From an uncultured Gemmatimonadales bacterium (lineage in GTDB: Bacteria; Gemmatimonadota; Gemmatimonadetes; Gemmatimonadales; GWC2-71-9), in contig CAVYSW010000003.1 in assembly GCA_963771275.1 (NCBI GenBank), positions 1,056,001 through 1,120,000 on the forward strand: a stretch of 64,000 bases of DNA, read 5' to 3'. How positions within the stretch are numbered: the first letter of the stretch is position 1; the number at the start of each line of letters is the position of its first letter. A program made the position numbers and the translations under genes. Positions 38,274-47,239 of the stretch are shown in pieces. The notes under the pieces were generated by a model. The model made no database searches and was not told the DNA's origin. It was given only the letters and a program-made list of their open reading frames with translations.

Positions 38274-39647
38274 ATGAGGCTGGCGGCCATCGGCGGCGCC
38301 CGGCGGGCGTGCGCACTCGGTTTCATGCTGGTGCTTGTGGGATGCGGCAAGTGGCAGCGCGTGGGTAGCGCCACGGGGCCGGACCCCACGGTCGTGGTAC
38401 CCCAGTTGTTCGACCCTACGGCCACCTACACGGCGATGGGGTTCCTCGCCGCCGGCGCGCCGCTGGCCTTTGTCGGCAGCCTGTGGACGCTGGCCACCGA
38501 GTCGCCCGACACGACGCTCGCCGTGTTCGCCCTGTCCATGAACAACAACACCCTGTCGTTTCGCCGGGCGGGGCAGGGGTTCGAAGCGCGCTACCGCGTG
38601 GAGCTGGTGCTCCGTCGCGACGGCTCGGTCGTCGCGCGGGTGGCGTCCCAGGAGTCGGTTCGCGTCGGCTCCGCCGATGAGACCCGGCGCGCCGACGAGA
38701 GTGTCCTGTTCCAGCAGTTCCTGCGCGTCTCCCCAGGGACCTACGTTGCGGTCGTCACGGTGCGGGACGACTTCGGAACGGGAGTCGGGCGCGCCGAGCA
38801 GACAGTGACGCTGCCGCGGATCGATGCCCGAGGCTGCTCGGCCCTCACCCCCGTTTACGAAGTCGAGCCGCGCCGGCAGCGCACCGATGCCCCCCGGCTG
38901 CTCGTGAACCCGCGCGCCACCGTTCCCTACGGACTCGACTCCCTGCGCCTGTACCTCGAGAGCTACGGTGTGCCGGCCGGCACCCCGGTGACGATCACCG
39001 CGAGTGGCCACACAGGCGACGAGGTGTGGGCGGCCCAGGCGACCCTCACGGGAACGCAGGACTTCGCGACGGCGCTCGTCACGATTCCGCCCGAACAGCT
39101 TCCCGTCGGCCAGCTGCGCCTCACCGCGGCGGTGCCGGGGTGCCCCGCATCGATCACCACGGCGGCTCTGGTCAGCTTCTCGAATCAGTGGGCGATCACC
39201 AACTTCGACGAGATCCTCTCGCTGCTGCGGTACTTCGGCCAGGACCGGGCGATCGCGAAGATGCGCGAGGCGGACCCGGCGGAGCGCCCCACGCTGTGGC
39301 GGGATTTCTGGCGCGCCACGGATCCCAACCCGCTGACCCCGGAAAACGAGGCGCTCGAGCAGTACTTCCGGCGGCTTCAGGAGGCGAACCTGCGCTTCCG
39401 CGAGGCCGGCGAGCCGGGATGGCTGAGCGATCGGGGCGAGGTGTTCATCACGCTAGGCGAGCCGGACGAGATCTTCGACCAGAGCTCTGCCTTGCAGGGG
39501 CCCCGTCAGATCATCCGCTGGAACTATCTTAGCCTGCGCCTCCAGCTCGACTTCACCGACGACACGGGATTCGGCCGGTTCCGCCTCGTCCCTGCCGCCC
39601 GTGCCGAGTACCAGCGCGTGCTGAACAACCTCCGGAGTCGCGGCTGA
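38274..39647 (+). CDS. GWxTD-domain lipoprotein
   Basis: LVLVGC lipobox; FWRATDPNPLTPENEALEQYFRR...GWLSDRGEVFITLGEPD. Confidence 0.85.
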   Translation: MRLAAIGGARRACALGFMLVLVGCGKWQRVGSATGPDPTVVVPQLFDPTATYTAMGFLAAGAPLAFVGSLWTLATESPDTTLAVFALSMNNNTLSFRRAGQGFEARYRVELVLRRDGSVVARVASQESVRVGSADETRRADESVLFQQFLRVSPGTYVAVVTVRDDFGTGVGRAEQTVTLPRIDARGCSALTPVYEVEPRRQRTDAPRLLVNPRATVPYGLDSLRLYLESYGVPAGTPVTITASGHTGDEVWAAQATLTGTQDFATALVTIPPEQLPVGQLRLTAAVPGCPASITTAALVSFSNQWAITNFDEILSLLRYFGQDRAIAKMREADPAERPTLWRDFWRATDPNPLTPENEALEQYFRRLQEANLRFREAGEPGWLSDRGEVFITLGEPDEIFDQSSALQGPRQIIRWNYLSLRLQLDFTDDTGFGRFRLVPAARAEYQRVLNNLRSRG

Positions 39648-41797
39648 TCTATCGCCTGACCGTCCTTCTGGGAGTCCTGGTTGCCGCGTCGAGCGGCGCG
39701 CTGCGGGGACAGGACATCCCGAAGCGACCGTGGGATCCGCCGGCCGATCCCTGGCATGTCGTCGTGGCGTGGGCGGCTGCGCCCGACACGCAGCAGGTGC
39801 TGCGCGTGGCCGCGGCAGAATTGGCGATTGGGCAGCCGGCCCGGGCCCAGCGGCTGCTCGACCGGTACGGCCCAGGGGTGGTGGATTCCGTCGGCCTGCT
39901 CGCGCTCCGCGCGGCGGTGGCCGCGCGCGGCGGCCAGGCGGCTGATGCCGCGGTGCTCTACCTCGCAGCGGCCCGGCGGGCCGGCCGGGAGGACGCGGGC
40001 CTGCTCTTCGCACTGGCGGGAACCGCGCTGGAGCGAGCCGGGCTGCCCGATTCCGCTGCCCGGGCGTATCGAGCCGCCCGCCTCGCCCTTCCCGAGATCG
40101 CCGGATGGCTCGCGCTGCGTGAGGCGCGGCTCACTCGGGACTCGAGCGCGGCAGCGCCGCTGTTGGCGCTCGCGCCACCGGCCGCCCAGGACGAAGTCCT
40201 CGCGGTGCGCGCCTACCTGCGACTCCTCATGGGCGACATGTCGGGAGCCGAGCGGCTGCTCGCAGAGGCCGGCCAGACCGGGCGTGCCGCGGAGCTGGCG
40301 CTTGCGCGCGGCGACACGCTCGGGGCCCGCGCGCTCCTGTCCCAGGCGCTGGCCACCGGCGACACGGCCACCACGCGACAGGGCCTGGCCCTGGTGGCTC
40401 GATCGCTCCCTCCCCGCACGCCGGGCGACTGGATGGCTGCCGCTCGCGCCGCCGCCCGCCTCGGAGACGCCGGAGCAGCCGCGCGGTTCGCCCAAGCTGC
40501 CGCGACCGCCGGCGATAGCACCCTGCCGACGATGCTCGCACTTGGCGACTGGCTCGAGCGGGCCGGGCGCCGTCGGGAAGCCCTGCGCGCCTACCTGGAA
40601 GCCGGGGACGCCGGTGCGTTCCAGCGCGGGCGCGCGCTGGCGCGCCTCGGCGAGCGCACAGCCGCAGCGCAGGTGCTCCGCGCGTTCGCCACGCGGACCC
40701 CCGACGATCCTTCCGCTCCGGCCGCGATCTATCTCCTGGCGGACCTCACGAGCGGCGACAGCCTGCTCGATCAGGTGGCGCGGCGCTGGCCGACCAGCGA
40801 ATACGCGTCGCGTGCGCGCACGCGACTGGCGGAAGCGCGCCTGTCGCGGCGCGATACGGCGGCGGCGCTCCGCTACTACGCCGCGGAGATCGCGGCGCGC
40901 GGCCCGGAGGCCGTGCGGTCGCGCTATCACGTGGCGCGCCTGCGACTTCCCCGGGTCGCGGATTCCGCCCGGGCGGCGCTGGCCGGCCTCGCGCGGGAAG
41001 ACTCCCTCGGATACTATGGGCTGCTCGCGCGGGGGCGGCTCGGTATGGCGCCGCCTCACATCCCCGCACCGGAGGACCACGCACCCGCCGCCGCCGTGCA
41101 GGCCGCGCTCGCCGAACTGGCGCTGCTCGATGCGGCGGGGTTCACCAACGAGGCGCGGCTGCTGCTCGATCACCTGACGAACGGCGCCTTGCCCGACCCC
41201 GAAGACCTGCTCGACCTCGCGGAGGGGTTGTTCGCGAGCGGCCGTGCGGCCGAGGCGATTCGACTGGGATGGCGGGTGGCTGCGCGGCTGACGCTCAACC
41301 ACCCGCGCGTGCTGCGGGTGGTGTTCCCGTGGCCCACCCGCGGCATGGTCGAGGCGGAGGCGCGGCAGTTCAGGCTGGACCCCTACCTCGTCGCTGGACT
41401 GATCCGACAGGAATCCGGATTCGCCCCGGCGGCGCGCTCCCATGCCGGTGCCAGGGGGTACATGCAGCTCATGCCGGCGACCGCCGCAGCGCTGGCCCGG
41501 CAACTGAAGCTCCCGTGGAGCGACCAGATGGCCGTCGTGGTGGATGCCAACGTGCACATCGGCTCGGCCCACCTCGCGGGGTTGCTCGCTCGCTACCACG
41601 GGGAGGTGGCGCCCGCCGTTGCGGCGTACAATGCCGGCGGCGTCCCCGTCGATCGCTGGCGCCGCCGGGCCGGGTCGAAGGACCCGGCGGCGTTCGTCGA
41701 GCGGATCGAGTTTCCCGAGACTCAGGGATACGTCCGTGCCGTGCTGCGCAACCAGGCGCTGTACAAGCTCCTGTACCCCGGCTCTGGTGGCCCGTGA
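39644..41797 (+). CDS. Slt-type lytic transglycosylase with TPR superhelix (probable CTG start)
   Basis: IRQESGF, GARGYMQLMPAT, AAYNAG, ETQGYV; signal peptide only if started at CTG 39644. Confidence 0.88.
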   Translation: MIYRLTVLLGVLVAASSGALRGQDIPKRPWDPPADPWHVVVAWAAAPDTQQVLRVAAAELAIGQPARAQRLLDRYGPGVVDSVGLLALRAAVAARGGQAADAAVLYLAAARRAGREDAGLLFALAGTALERAGLPDSAARAYRAARLALPEIAGWLALREARLTRDSSAAAPLLALAPPAAQDEVLAVRAYLRLLMGDMSGAERLLAEAGQTGRAAELALARGDTLGARALLSQALATGDTATTRQGLALVARSLPPRTPGDWMAAARAAARLGDAGAAARFAQAAATAGDSTLPTMLALGDWLERAGRRREALRAYLEAGDAGAFQRGRALARLGERTAAAQVLRAFATRTPDDPSAPAAIYLLADLTSGDSLLDQVARRWPTSEYASRARTRLAEARLSRRDTAAALRYYAAEIAARGPEAVRSRYHVARLRLPRVADSARAALAGLAREDSLGYYGLLARGRLGMAPPHIPAPEDHAPAAAVQAALAELALLDAAGFTNEARLLLDHLTNGALPDPEDLLDLAEGLFASGRAAEAIRLGWRVAARLTLNHPRVLRVVFPWPTRGMVEAEARQFRLDPYLVAGLIRQESGFAPAARSHAGARGYMQLMPATAAALARQLKLPWSDQMAVVVDANVHIGSAHLAGLLARYHGEVAPAVAAYNAGGVPVDRWRRRAGSKDPAAFVERIEFPETQGYVRAVLRNQALYKLLYPGSGGP

Positions 41798-42336
41798 GTC
41801 CGGTCGGGCTGCGCCGCACGCTGCACGTCGCATCGGCCGCCGTGCTGTTGCCGGCACTGCGCTCGAGTACCGCGCTCCGGCTCACCGTGCTCTGGGTCGC
41901 GGTGGTTGCCGCCCTCGTCGAGTTCGCCCGACTCGCCAGCCCCCGGGCGCACCGGTGGCTGGCGGCGCACCTGCCGGTCTACCGGCCCCGTGAGACGCGG
42001 CGCGCGAGCGGAGCCTTGTGGCTCGCCTTCGGGTATGCGATCGCGGGGTGGCTGCCGCTGCCGGCACCGGTCGCGGGAATCCTGGCCGGGGCCTTGGCCG
42101 ATCCCGCGGCCTCCTGGGCCGGCGCGCGGTGGGGCGCTGGAGCGCGCAAGAGCTGGGTGGGCAGCGCTGCGGCCCTCCTGGTGACGGTCGCCACGACGGC
42201 GGCGGTCGGTGCGGCCCCTGCGACGGCCCTCGCCGCAGGGCTGGTTGGGGCGGCGCTCGAGCGGTGGTCCGGGCCGATCGACGACAACCTGCTGGTGGCG
42301 CCTGGCGTCGCGGCCGCGGTTGCGTTCCTGGCTTGA
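41794..42336 (+). CDS. Phytol/dolichol kinase-like CTP-dependent membrane protein
   Basis: RRTLH, ADPAASWAG, KSWVGS, DDNL; GTGA overlap. Confidence 0.75.
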   Translation: MSPVGLRRTLHVASAAVLLPALRSSTALRLTVLWVAVVAALVEFARLASPRAHRWLAAHLPVYRPRETRRASGALWLAFGYAIAGWLPLPAPVAGILAGALADPAASWAGARWGAGARKSWVGSAAALLVTVATTAAVGAAPATALAAGLVGAALERWSGPIDDNLLVAPGVAAAVAFLA

Positions 42337-42362
42337 CAGGCCGCGCTCCTGCAACGCAGAAT
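42333..42362 (+). promoter_or_regulatory. Putative sigma70 promoter of the cold-shock gene
   Basis: TTGACA-N18-CAGAAT. Confidence 0.55.
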
Positions 42363-42402
42363 AGCGCGACCGACCCCCCAAGACCTGCCGAGGAGGCGTG
42401 GC

Positions 42403-42600
42403 ATGCGCGGAAAGGTGAAGTGGTTCAACGACTCCAAGGGGTACGGGTTCATCGCCCCGGAATCCGGAGCGGACGTGTTCGTCCATTTCACGGCCATCCA
42501 GATGGACGGCTTCAAGACCCTCCGGGAAGGACAGGACGTAGAGTTTGACCTGGAGTCCCGTGACCGCGGCCAGCAGGCGAAGAACGTGACCTGCGTCTGA
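42403..42600 (+). CDS. Cold-shock protein (Csp family)
   Basis: [31 protein letters not shown]. Confidence 0.97.
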   Translation: MRGKVKWFNDSKGYGFIAPESGADVFVHFTAIQMDGFKTLREGQDVEFDLESRDRGQQAKNVTCV

Positions 42601-42619
42601 ACCGGCCTGCTCGTCGGTG

Positions 42620-42655
42620 CGCCCCGCCGGTACGCCACCGGCGGGGCGTTTCGTT
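42620..42655 (+). terminator. Intrinsic terminator
   Basis: CGCCCCGCCGGT-ACGCC-ACCGGCGGGGCG followed by TTTCGTT. Confidence 0.8.
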
Positions 42656-42676
42656 CCCGGTTAAGTTGATGCGGTC

Positions 42677-45436
42677 ATGTCGTCGGCTCCTGCCCCCCGC
42701 CTGTTTCTGATTGATGGCTACGCGCTGATCTACCGCGCGTTCTTCGCGATGATCGGCCGCCCGCTCACCACCAGCAAGGGCGAGAACACCTCGGCCGCCT
42801 GGGGGGTCGCGACCTTCCTGCTGCGGTTGTTTCGGCAGCACGCCCCCGAGCACGTCGCCTGGGTCCACGACGCCGGCACCTCGTTTCGCCATGAGGTCTA
42901 TCCCGCCTACAAGGCGACCCGGGAGAAGCTCGAGCCGGCCCTGCAGGAAGTATTCGATCGGTCGGTGGAGCGGGTCGGCCAGCTCCTGGCCGCGTTTCGC
43001 GTGCCGCTTGTCGCGCTGGAGGGCTATGAGGCCGATGACGTGATCGGCACCCTGGCCCAACGGGGGGCGGCGCGGGGGTGGCGCGTGGTCATCGTGTCCG
43101 GGGACAAGGACTTCTACCAGCTTGTTGCGCCCGGTGTCGCCCTGCTGAATCCCGGGCGCGGGGGCCCGGCGGCCGTGGACGAGCTGTGGGTGGACGAGAC
43201 CAATGCGGCCGAGCGGCTGGGGGTACCGCCGGAGCGCGTCGTGGACTACCTCGCTCTCGTGGGTGACGCGTCGGACAACGTGCCGGGCGTGCGCGGGGTC
43301 GGCGACAAGACGGCGCGACAGTTGATCGAGCAGTTCGGGAGCCTGGATGCCATCCTCGCCCGGGCCGGAGAGGTGTCGCTCAAGCGGGCGCGCGAGGCGC
43401 TGCTGGCGCATGCCGACGAGGCCCGGCTTTCCCGTGACCTCGTCACCATCCGGCGGGACGTGCCGATCGACATCAGCCTGGACTCGCTGGTCGCGGCCGC
43501 GCCGGACCGCGAGGCGCTGACCGCGCTCCTCTCGGAGTTGGAGTTCCACTCGCTGATCCAGCAGATCGCGGCGCCCCCCTCACCGCCGCCCCTGCCCCGG
43601 TCGTCCATGGAGCACCACGGCGTGGTGGTCGACACCGTGGCCGATCTCGATGGGCTGGTCCTGGCGCTGCGGGCCGGCGCACCGCTCGCCGTCGCAACCC
43701 TGGTGGAAGGCGCGGACCGCCTGCGCGGCGCGCTCGTCGGGATCGCGCTAGCGGTGCGGAACGGTGGCTGGTACCTGCCGTTCGGCCACCGCGCGCCGGC
43801 GGAGCTTGGTGCTGCGGAGCCGTCGAACCTGCCGGCGCTCGATACGCCGGCGCTGGCTTCGGTGGCGGCCGTGCTGCGCGACGCCGCGGTCCCGAAAGTG
43901 GGGCACGACGTCAAGCCGGACCTGTTGACCCTGCGTGGCGCCGGCATCGAGCTGCGCGGAGTGGTGGACGACACCATGCTGTCGAGCTTCGTGCTCGAGC
44001 CGGGTCGGCGCAGCTACGCGCTGGACCAACTCGTGTTCGAGCGCCTCGGCACGCAGGTGGCCTCGCTGGCCAGCCTCCAGGGAGCCGGCCGGAGCGCGCG
44101 GCCCCTCGCGGAGATGGCGCCCGCCGAGGTGGGGGGCGTCGCGGTCGCGCTCGCGCAGGCGACCCTCCGGCTGCGCGAGGCGCTGGCCCGGGAAGTCGAG
44201 GCGCTCGCCCTGGGTCCGCTCGTGCGGGACGTGGAGTTGCCGCTCGTGCGGGTGTTGGCGGACATGGAGTGGCGCGGCATTGCCGTGGACACCGAGCGCC
44301 TCGCGGCGCTGTCCCGGCTGTTCGCCGGCGAGCTGGCCGAGCTCGAGCGGCGGATCTGTGCCGATGCCGGCACGGACTTCAACATCAACAGCACGCCGCA
44401 GCTGCGACACGTCTTGTACGAGAAGCTGCAGCTCCCCGTGCTCAAGAAGACCAAGACCGGTCCGTCCACCGACGCCGACGTGCTGGCGGCGCTGGCCGAG
44501 ATGGGATTCTCTACGCCCACGCTGCTGCTCGAGTACCGTGAGCTCACCAAGCTGCGCTCGACGTACGTCGAGGTCCTGCCGACGCGCGTCAATCCCGCGA
44601 CGGGCCGGATTCACACGACGTTCAACCAGGCCGGTGCCGCGACGGGCCGCCTGTCGTCGCTCGAGCCCAATCTGCAGAACATCCCGGTGCGCACGCGACG
44701 CGGGGAGGAGATCCGCCGCTGTTTCGTGGCGTCCTCGGGGTCCCGGCTGATCGTCGCGGACTACTCGCAGATCGAGCTCCGGGTTCTGGCACACCTGTCG
44801 GGGGACGAGGCGTTCATCGCCGCATTTCGCCGCGGCGGCGACATTCACCGCGAGACGGCGGCGGTGATCTTCGACACGGAGCCCGCGGATGTGACGCCGG
44901 AGATGCGGGCCCGGGCGAAGACGATTAACTTCGCCACCATCTACGGGCAGGGCGCCTTCTCCCTGAGCCGGCAGCTCGGCATCTCGCAGGACGAGGCCCG
45001 CGACTTCATCGCCAGGTATTTCACGCGGTTCGCCGGCGTCCGGCGCTTCCTCGACGAGACTGTGGCGCGGGCGCGGGTGGCGGGCTATGTCGAGACGATC
45101 TTCGGCCGGCGGCGGTACATTCCCGAGCTGCAGGACCGCAACCGCAGCGTGCAGGCGTTCGGCGAGCGGACCGCCATGAACTCGCCGATGCAGGGCTCCG
45201 CGGCCGACATCATCAAGGTGGCCATGATCGGCCTGGCTGGCGCGTTGCGGGAGGGGCGGTATCGTGGGGGAATGCTGCTGCAGGTGCACGACGAGCTGGT
45301 GCTCGAGGCGCCGCTGGAGGAAGTCGGCGCCATCAGCGGGCTCGTGCGGCAGCACATGGAAGGCGCCGCCACGCTGGCCGTCCCTCTCGTGGTTGATCTC
45401 GGCGTTGGGGACAACTGGTTGGACGCCAAGCAGTGA
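42677..45436 (+). CDS. polA: DNA polymerase I
   Basis: LIDGYALIYRAF, YEADD, GDASDN, TGRLSS, ADYSQIELR, AKTINF, LQVHDELV. Confidence 0.98.
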   Translation: MSSAPAPRLFLIDGYALIYRAFFAMIGRPLTTSKGENTSAAWGVATFLLRLFRQHAPEHVAWVHDAGTSFRHEVYPAYKATREKLEPALQEVFDRSVERVGQLLAAFRVPLVALEGYEADDVIGTLAQRGAARGWRVVIVSGDKDFYQLVAPGVALLNPGRGGPAAVDELWVDETNAAERLGVPPERVVDYLALVGDASDNVPGVRGVGDKTARQLIEQFGSLDAILARAGEVSLKRAREALLAHADEARLSRDLVTIRRDVPIDISLDSLVAAAPDREALTALLSELEFHSLIQQIAAPPSPPPLPRSSMEHHGVVVDTVADLDGLVLALRAGAPLAVATLVEGADRLRGALVGIALAVRNGGWYLPFGHRAPAELGAAEPSNLPALDTPALASVAAVLRDAAVPKVGHDVKPDLLTLRGAGIELRGVVDDTMLSSFVLEPGRRSYALDQLVFERLGTQVASLASLQGAGRSARPLAEMAPAEVGGVAVALAQATLRLREALAREVEALALGPLVRDVELPLVRVLADMEWRGIAVDTERLAALSRLFAGELAELERRICADAGTDFNINSTPQLRHVLYEKLQLPVLKKTKTGPSTDADVLAALAEMGFSTPTLLLEYRELTKLRSTYVEVLPTRVNPATGRIHTTFNQAGAATGRLSSLEPNLQNIPVRTRRGEEIRRCFVASSGSRLIVADYSQIELRVLAHLSGDEAFIAAFRRGGDIHRETAAVIFDTEPADVTPEMRARAKTINFATIYGQGAFSLSRQLGISQDEARDFIARYFTRFAGVRRFLDETVARARVAGYVETIFGRRRYIPELQDRNRSVQAFGERTAMNSPMQGSAADIIKVAMIGLAGALREGRYRGGMLLQVHDELVLEAPLEEVGAISGLVRQHMEGAATLAVPLVVDLGVGDNWLDAKQ

Positions 45437-45744
45437 CCACCTGGCGTGAGTTCGCGTTGTGGCGCGACGGGCTGGTGCACGCGATCGAGGGTGGCCTGTG
45501 GCTCCACCGGTTCACGCTGCGCGGCGAGCCGTGGGCGCACCTGGTGTCGGCCGATCGGCGCGCGCTGCTGGAGGCGGGGCAGCGACTGTCCCTGTCGCCC
45601 TACTGGCTGCAGTATCGGCCGCTCAAGGACCCCCGGTTTGCGGACCGGGTACGGGTAGATGCGTGGCACTGGGATCTGCGCCGCGAGCGGCTGGTGCGGG
45701 CGCTCACGCTCGCCGACCCGAAGGTCCCCTATCGCACGAAGTGA
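45433..45744 (+). CDS. Small DUF4031-like protein
   Basis: WAHLVSAD...L...WLQ...HWDL; GTGA overlap with polA. Confidence 0.6.
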   Translation: MTTWREFALWRDGLVHAIEGGLWLHRFTLRGEPWAHLVSADRRALLEAGQRLSLSPYWLQYRPLKDPRFADRVRVDAWHWDLRRERLVRALTLADPKVPYRTK

Positions 45745-45775
45745 TCTCGCACGACGCGGAACGCCGGAGCCCATC

Positions 45776-47239
45776 ATGTGTCTTCGTCATCGCTCGCCCG
45801 TCGTCGCGGCCACCGCCGTCTGGATGGTGCTCGCGATCGTCGCCTGCAACAACTCTCCGTTTGGTGATGTCGGCGAGGCCACCTCGGCGGAGATTGTGGG
45901 CGGCGACACGACGCTGTTCACGGGCGAGAGCGCGCAGTACAGCGTCGTGGCGGTCTATCCCATCGGGTCCGGAGGCCCGCGCTCGGTGGCATGGAGTGTC
46001 TCCGACACCACCAAGCTCGGCTTGGCTGCGCTGCCGGACTGGAGCGCGATCGTGACCGCGCGGGACACCGGCACAGCCACGGTCTACGGCTTCATCAATG
46101 GGGCGTTTCACGACAGCGTCCGGTTCACCATCGTGGGCCGCGGAGAGGTCCGCTGGCGCCGCACCCTCGCGGCAAACCCGACGCTGTACCAGGCGCTCGA
46201 TTCCGCTCAGGTGTACGCCACCACGACCGACAACCAGCTCGTCGTGGTGTCCGCGGCAGACGGCGCGCCGGTGCGCACGGCCGCGCTCTGCGCCGGCGCC
46301 CTCGGTCCCAGTATCGGGAGTGGGGGCGTGACGTCGGTGGCCCAAGACTGCGTGGCGCGCATCACGCGGACGGGCGGGCCGCTCTGGAGCGAGGCGTTCG
46401 GCCAGCCCGAGAGCGGCGTCGCGATTGGATCGGACGATGCGAGCCTCGTCGTGTCCGCCGAGGGCGCCGGCGGGAGCGCCGCCGTGGTGCTCAGCCGGAT
46501 CAGCGCGCTGGGCGTGACGGTCTGGCGCGATACCCTGGTCACGACCCTGCAACCCACCGGTGCGGCCCTGGCGATCGGCAGTGGTGGCGACATCTACGTT
46601 CCGTGGCGCACGGCGACCGACTCGAGCCGGCTGAGCGGGTTCACATCGGCGGGGGTAGCCGCGTGGACGCTCGAGTTGCCGGGCCGGGTGCGGCTCGCGA
46701 GCCCGGCGGTGGCCGGGACCCGGGTGATTGTCACCTACGATGGCGGCGTCCTCGCCGCGCTCACGACCGGTGACACCGTCTGGAGTCGCGCGTTCTCCGA
46801 TGCCGGTCCCGCGTTTTCCGCAACGGAAGCGGCGTCGTCACCTACGGTGGACGGCTCCGGCAACATCTACGTCCAGACACCACACGGACTCCTCAGCTAC
46901 AGCAGCGCGGGCGCGGTGCGTTGGGTGGCGGATTCGCTGGGTGGGGGTGACGCGACGCTGGGGGTCGGGGCGCCGGCGTTCCTGCGGGATGCCACGCTGG
47001 TCGTCCCGTGCGGCGGCGACGTGTGCGGCGTGGCCTCCACGAACGGATCCCGTCTGTGGCGGACCGCCTTGGGTGGGGTGATCGGGGGGGTGACGGTGGG
47101 CCCCGATGGCACCATCATCGTGCCCCGTCGCGTGGGCGGAGCCGGCGAGCTCGTTGGCCTATGGAACCGCTCAGGCCTGCACGTCTCAGGCTGGCCCACG
47201 GAGGGGTTCGACGCGGCCCGGTCGCGCCGCGTCCACTAG
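45776..47239 (+). CDS. Lipoprotein with Ig-like domain and PQQ-type beta-propeller repeats
   Basis: AIVAC lipobox; VAWSVSD; repeated G..xW blades, SSPTVDGSGNIYV. Confidence 0.78.
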   Translation: MCLRHRSPVVAATAVWMVLAIVACNNSPFGDVGEATSAEIVGGDTTLFTGESAQYSVVAVYPIGSGGPRSVAWSVSDTTKLGLAALPDWSAIVTARDTGTATVYGFINGAFHDSVRFTIVGRGEVRWRRTLAANPTLYQALDSAQVYATTTDNQLVVVSAADGAPVRTAALCAGALGPSIGSGGVTSVAQDCVARITRTGGPLWSEAFGQPESGVAIGSDDASLVVSAEGAGGSAAVVLSRISALGVTVWRDTLVTTLQPTGAALAIGSGGDIYVPWRTATDSSRLSGFTSAGVAAWTLELPGRVRLASPAVAGTRVIVTYDGGVLAALTTGDTVWSRAFSDAGPAFSATEAASSPTVDGSGNIYVQTPHGLLSYSSAGAVRWVADSLGGGDATLGVGAPAFLRDATLVVPCGGDVCGVASTNGSRLWRTALGGVIGGVTVGPDGTIIVPRRVGGAGELVGLWNRSGLHVSGWPTEGFDAARSRRVH

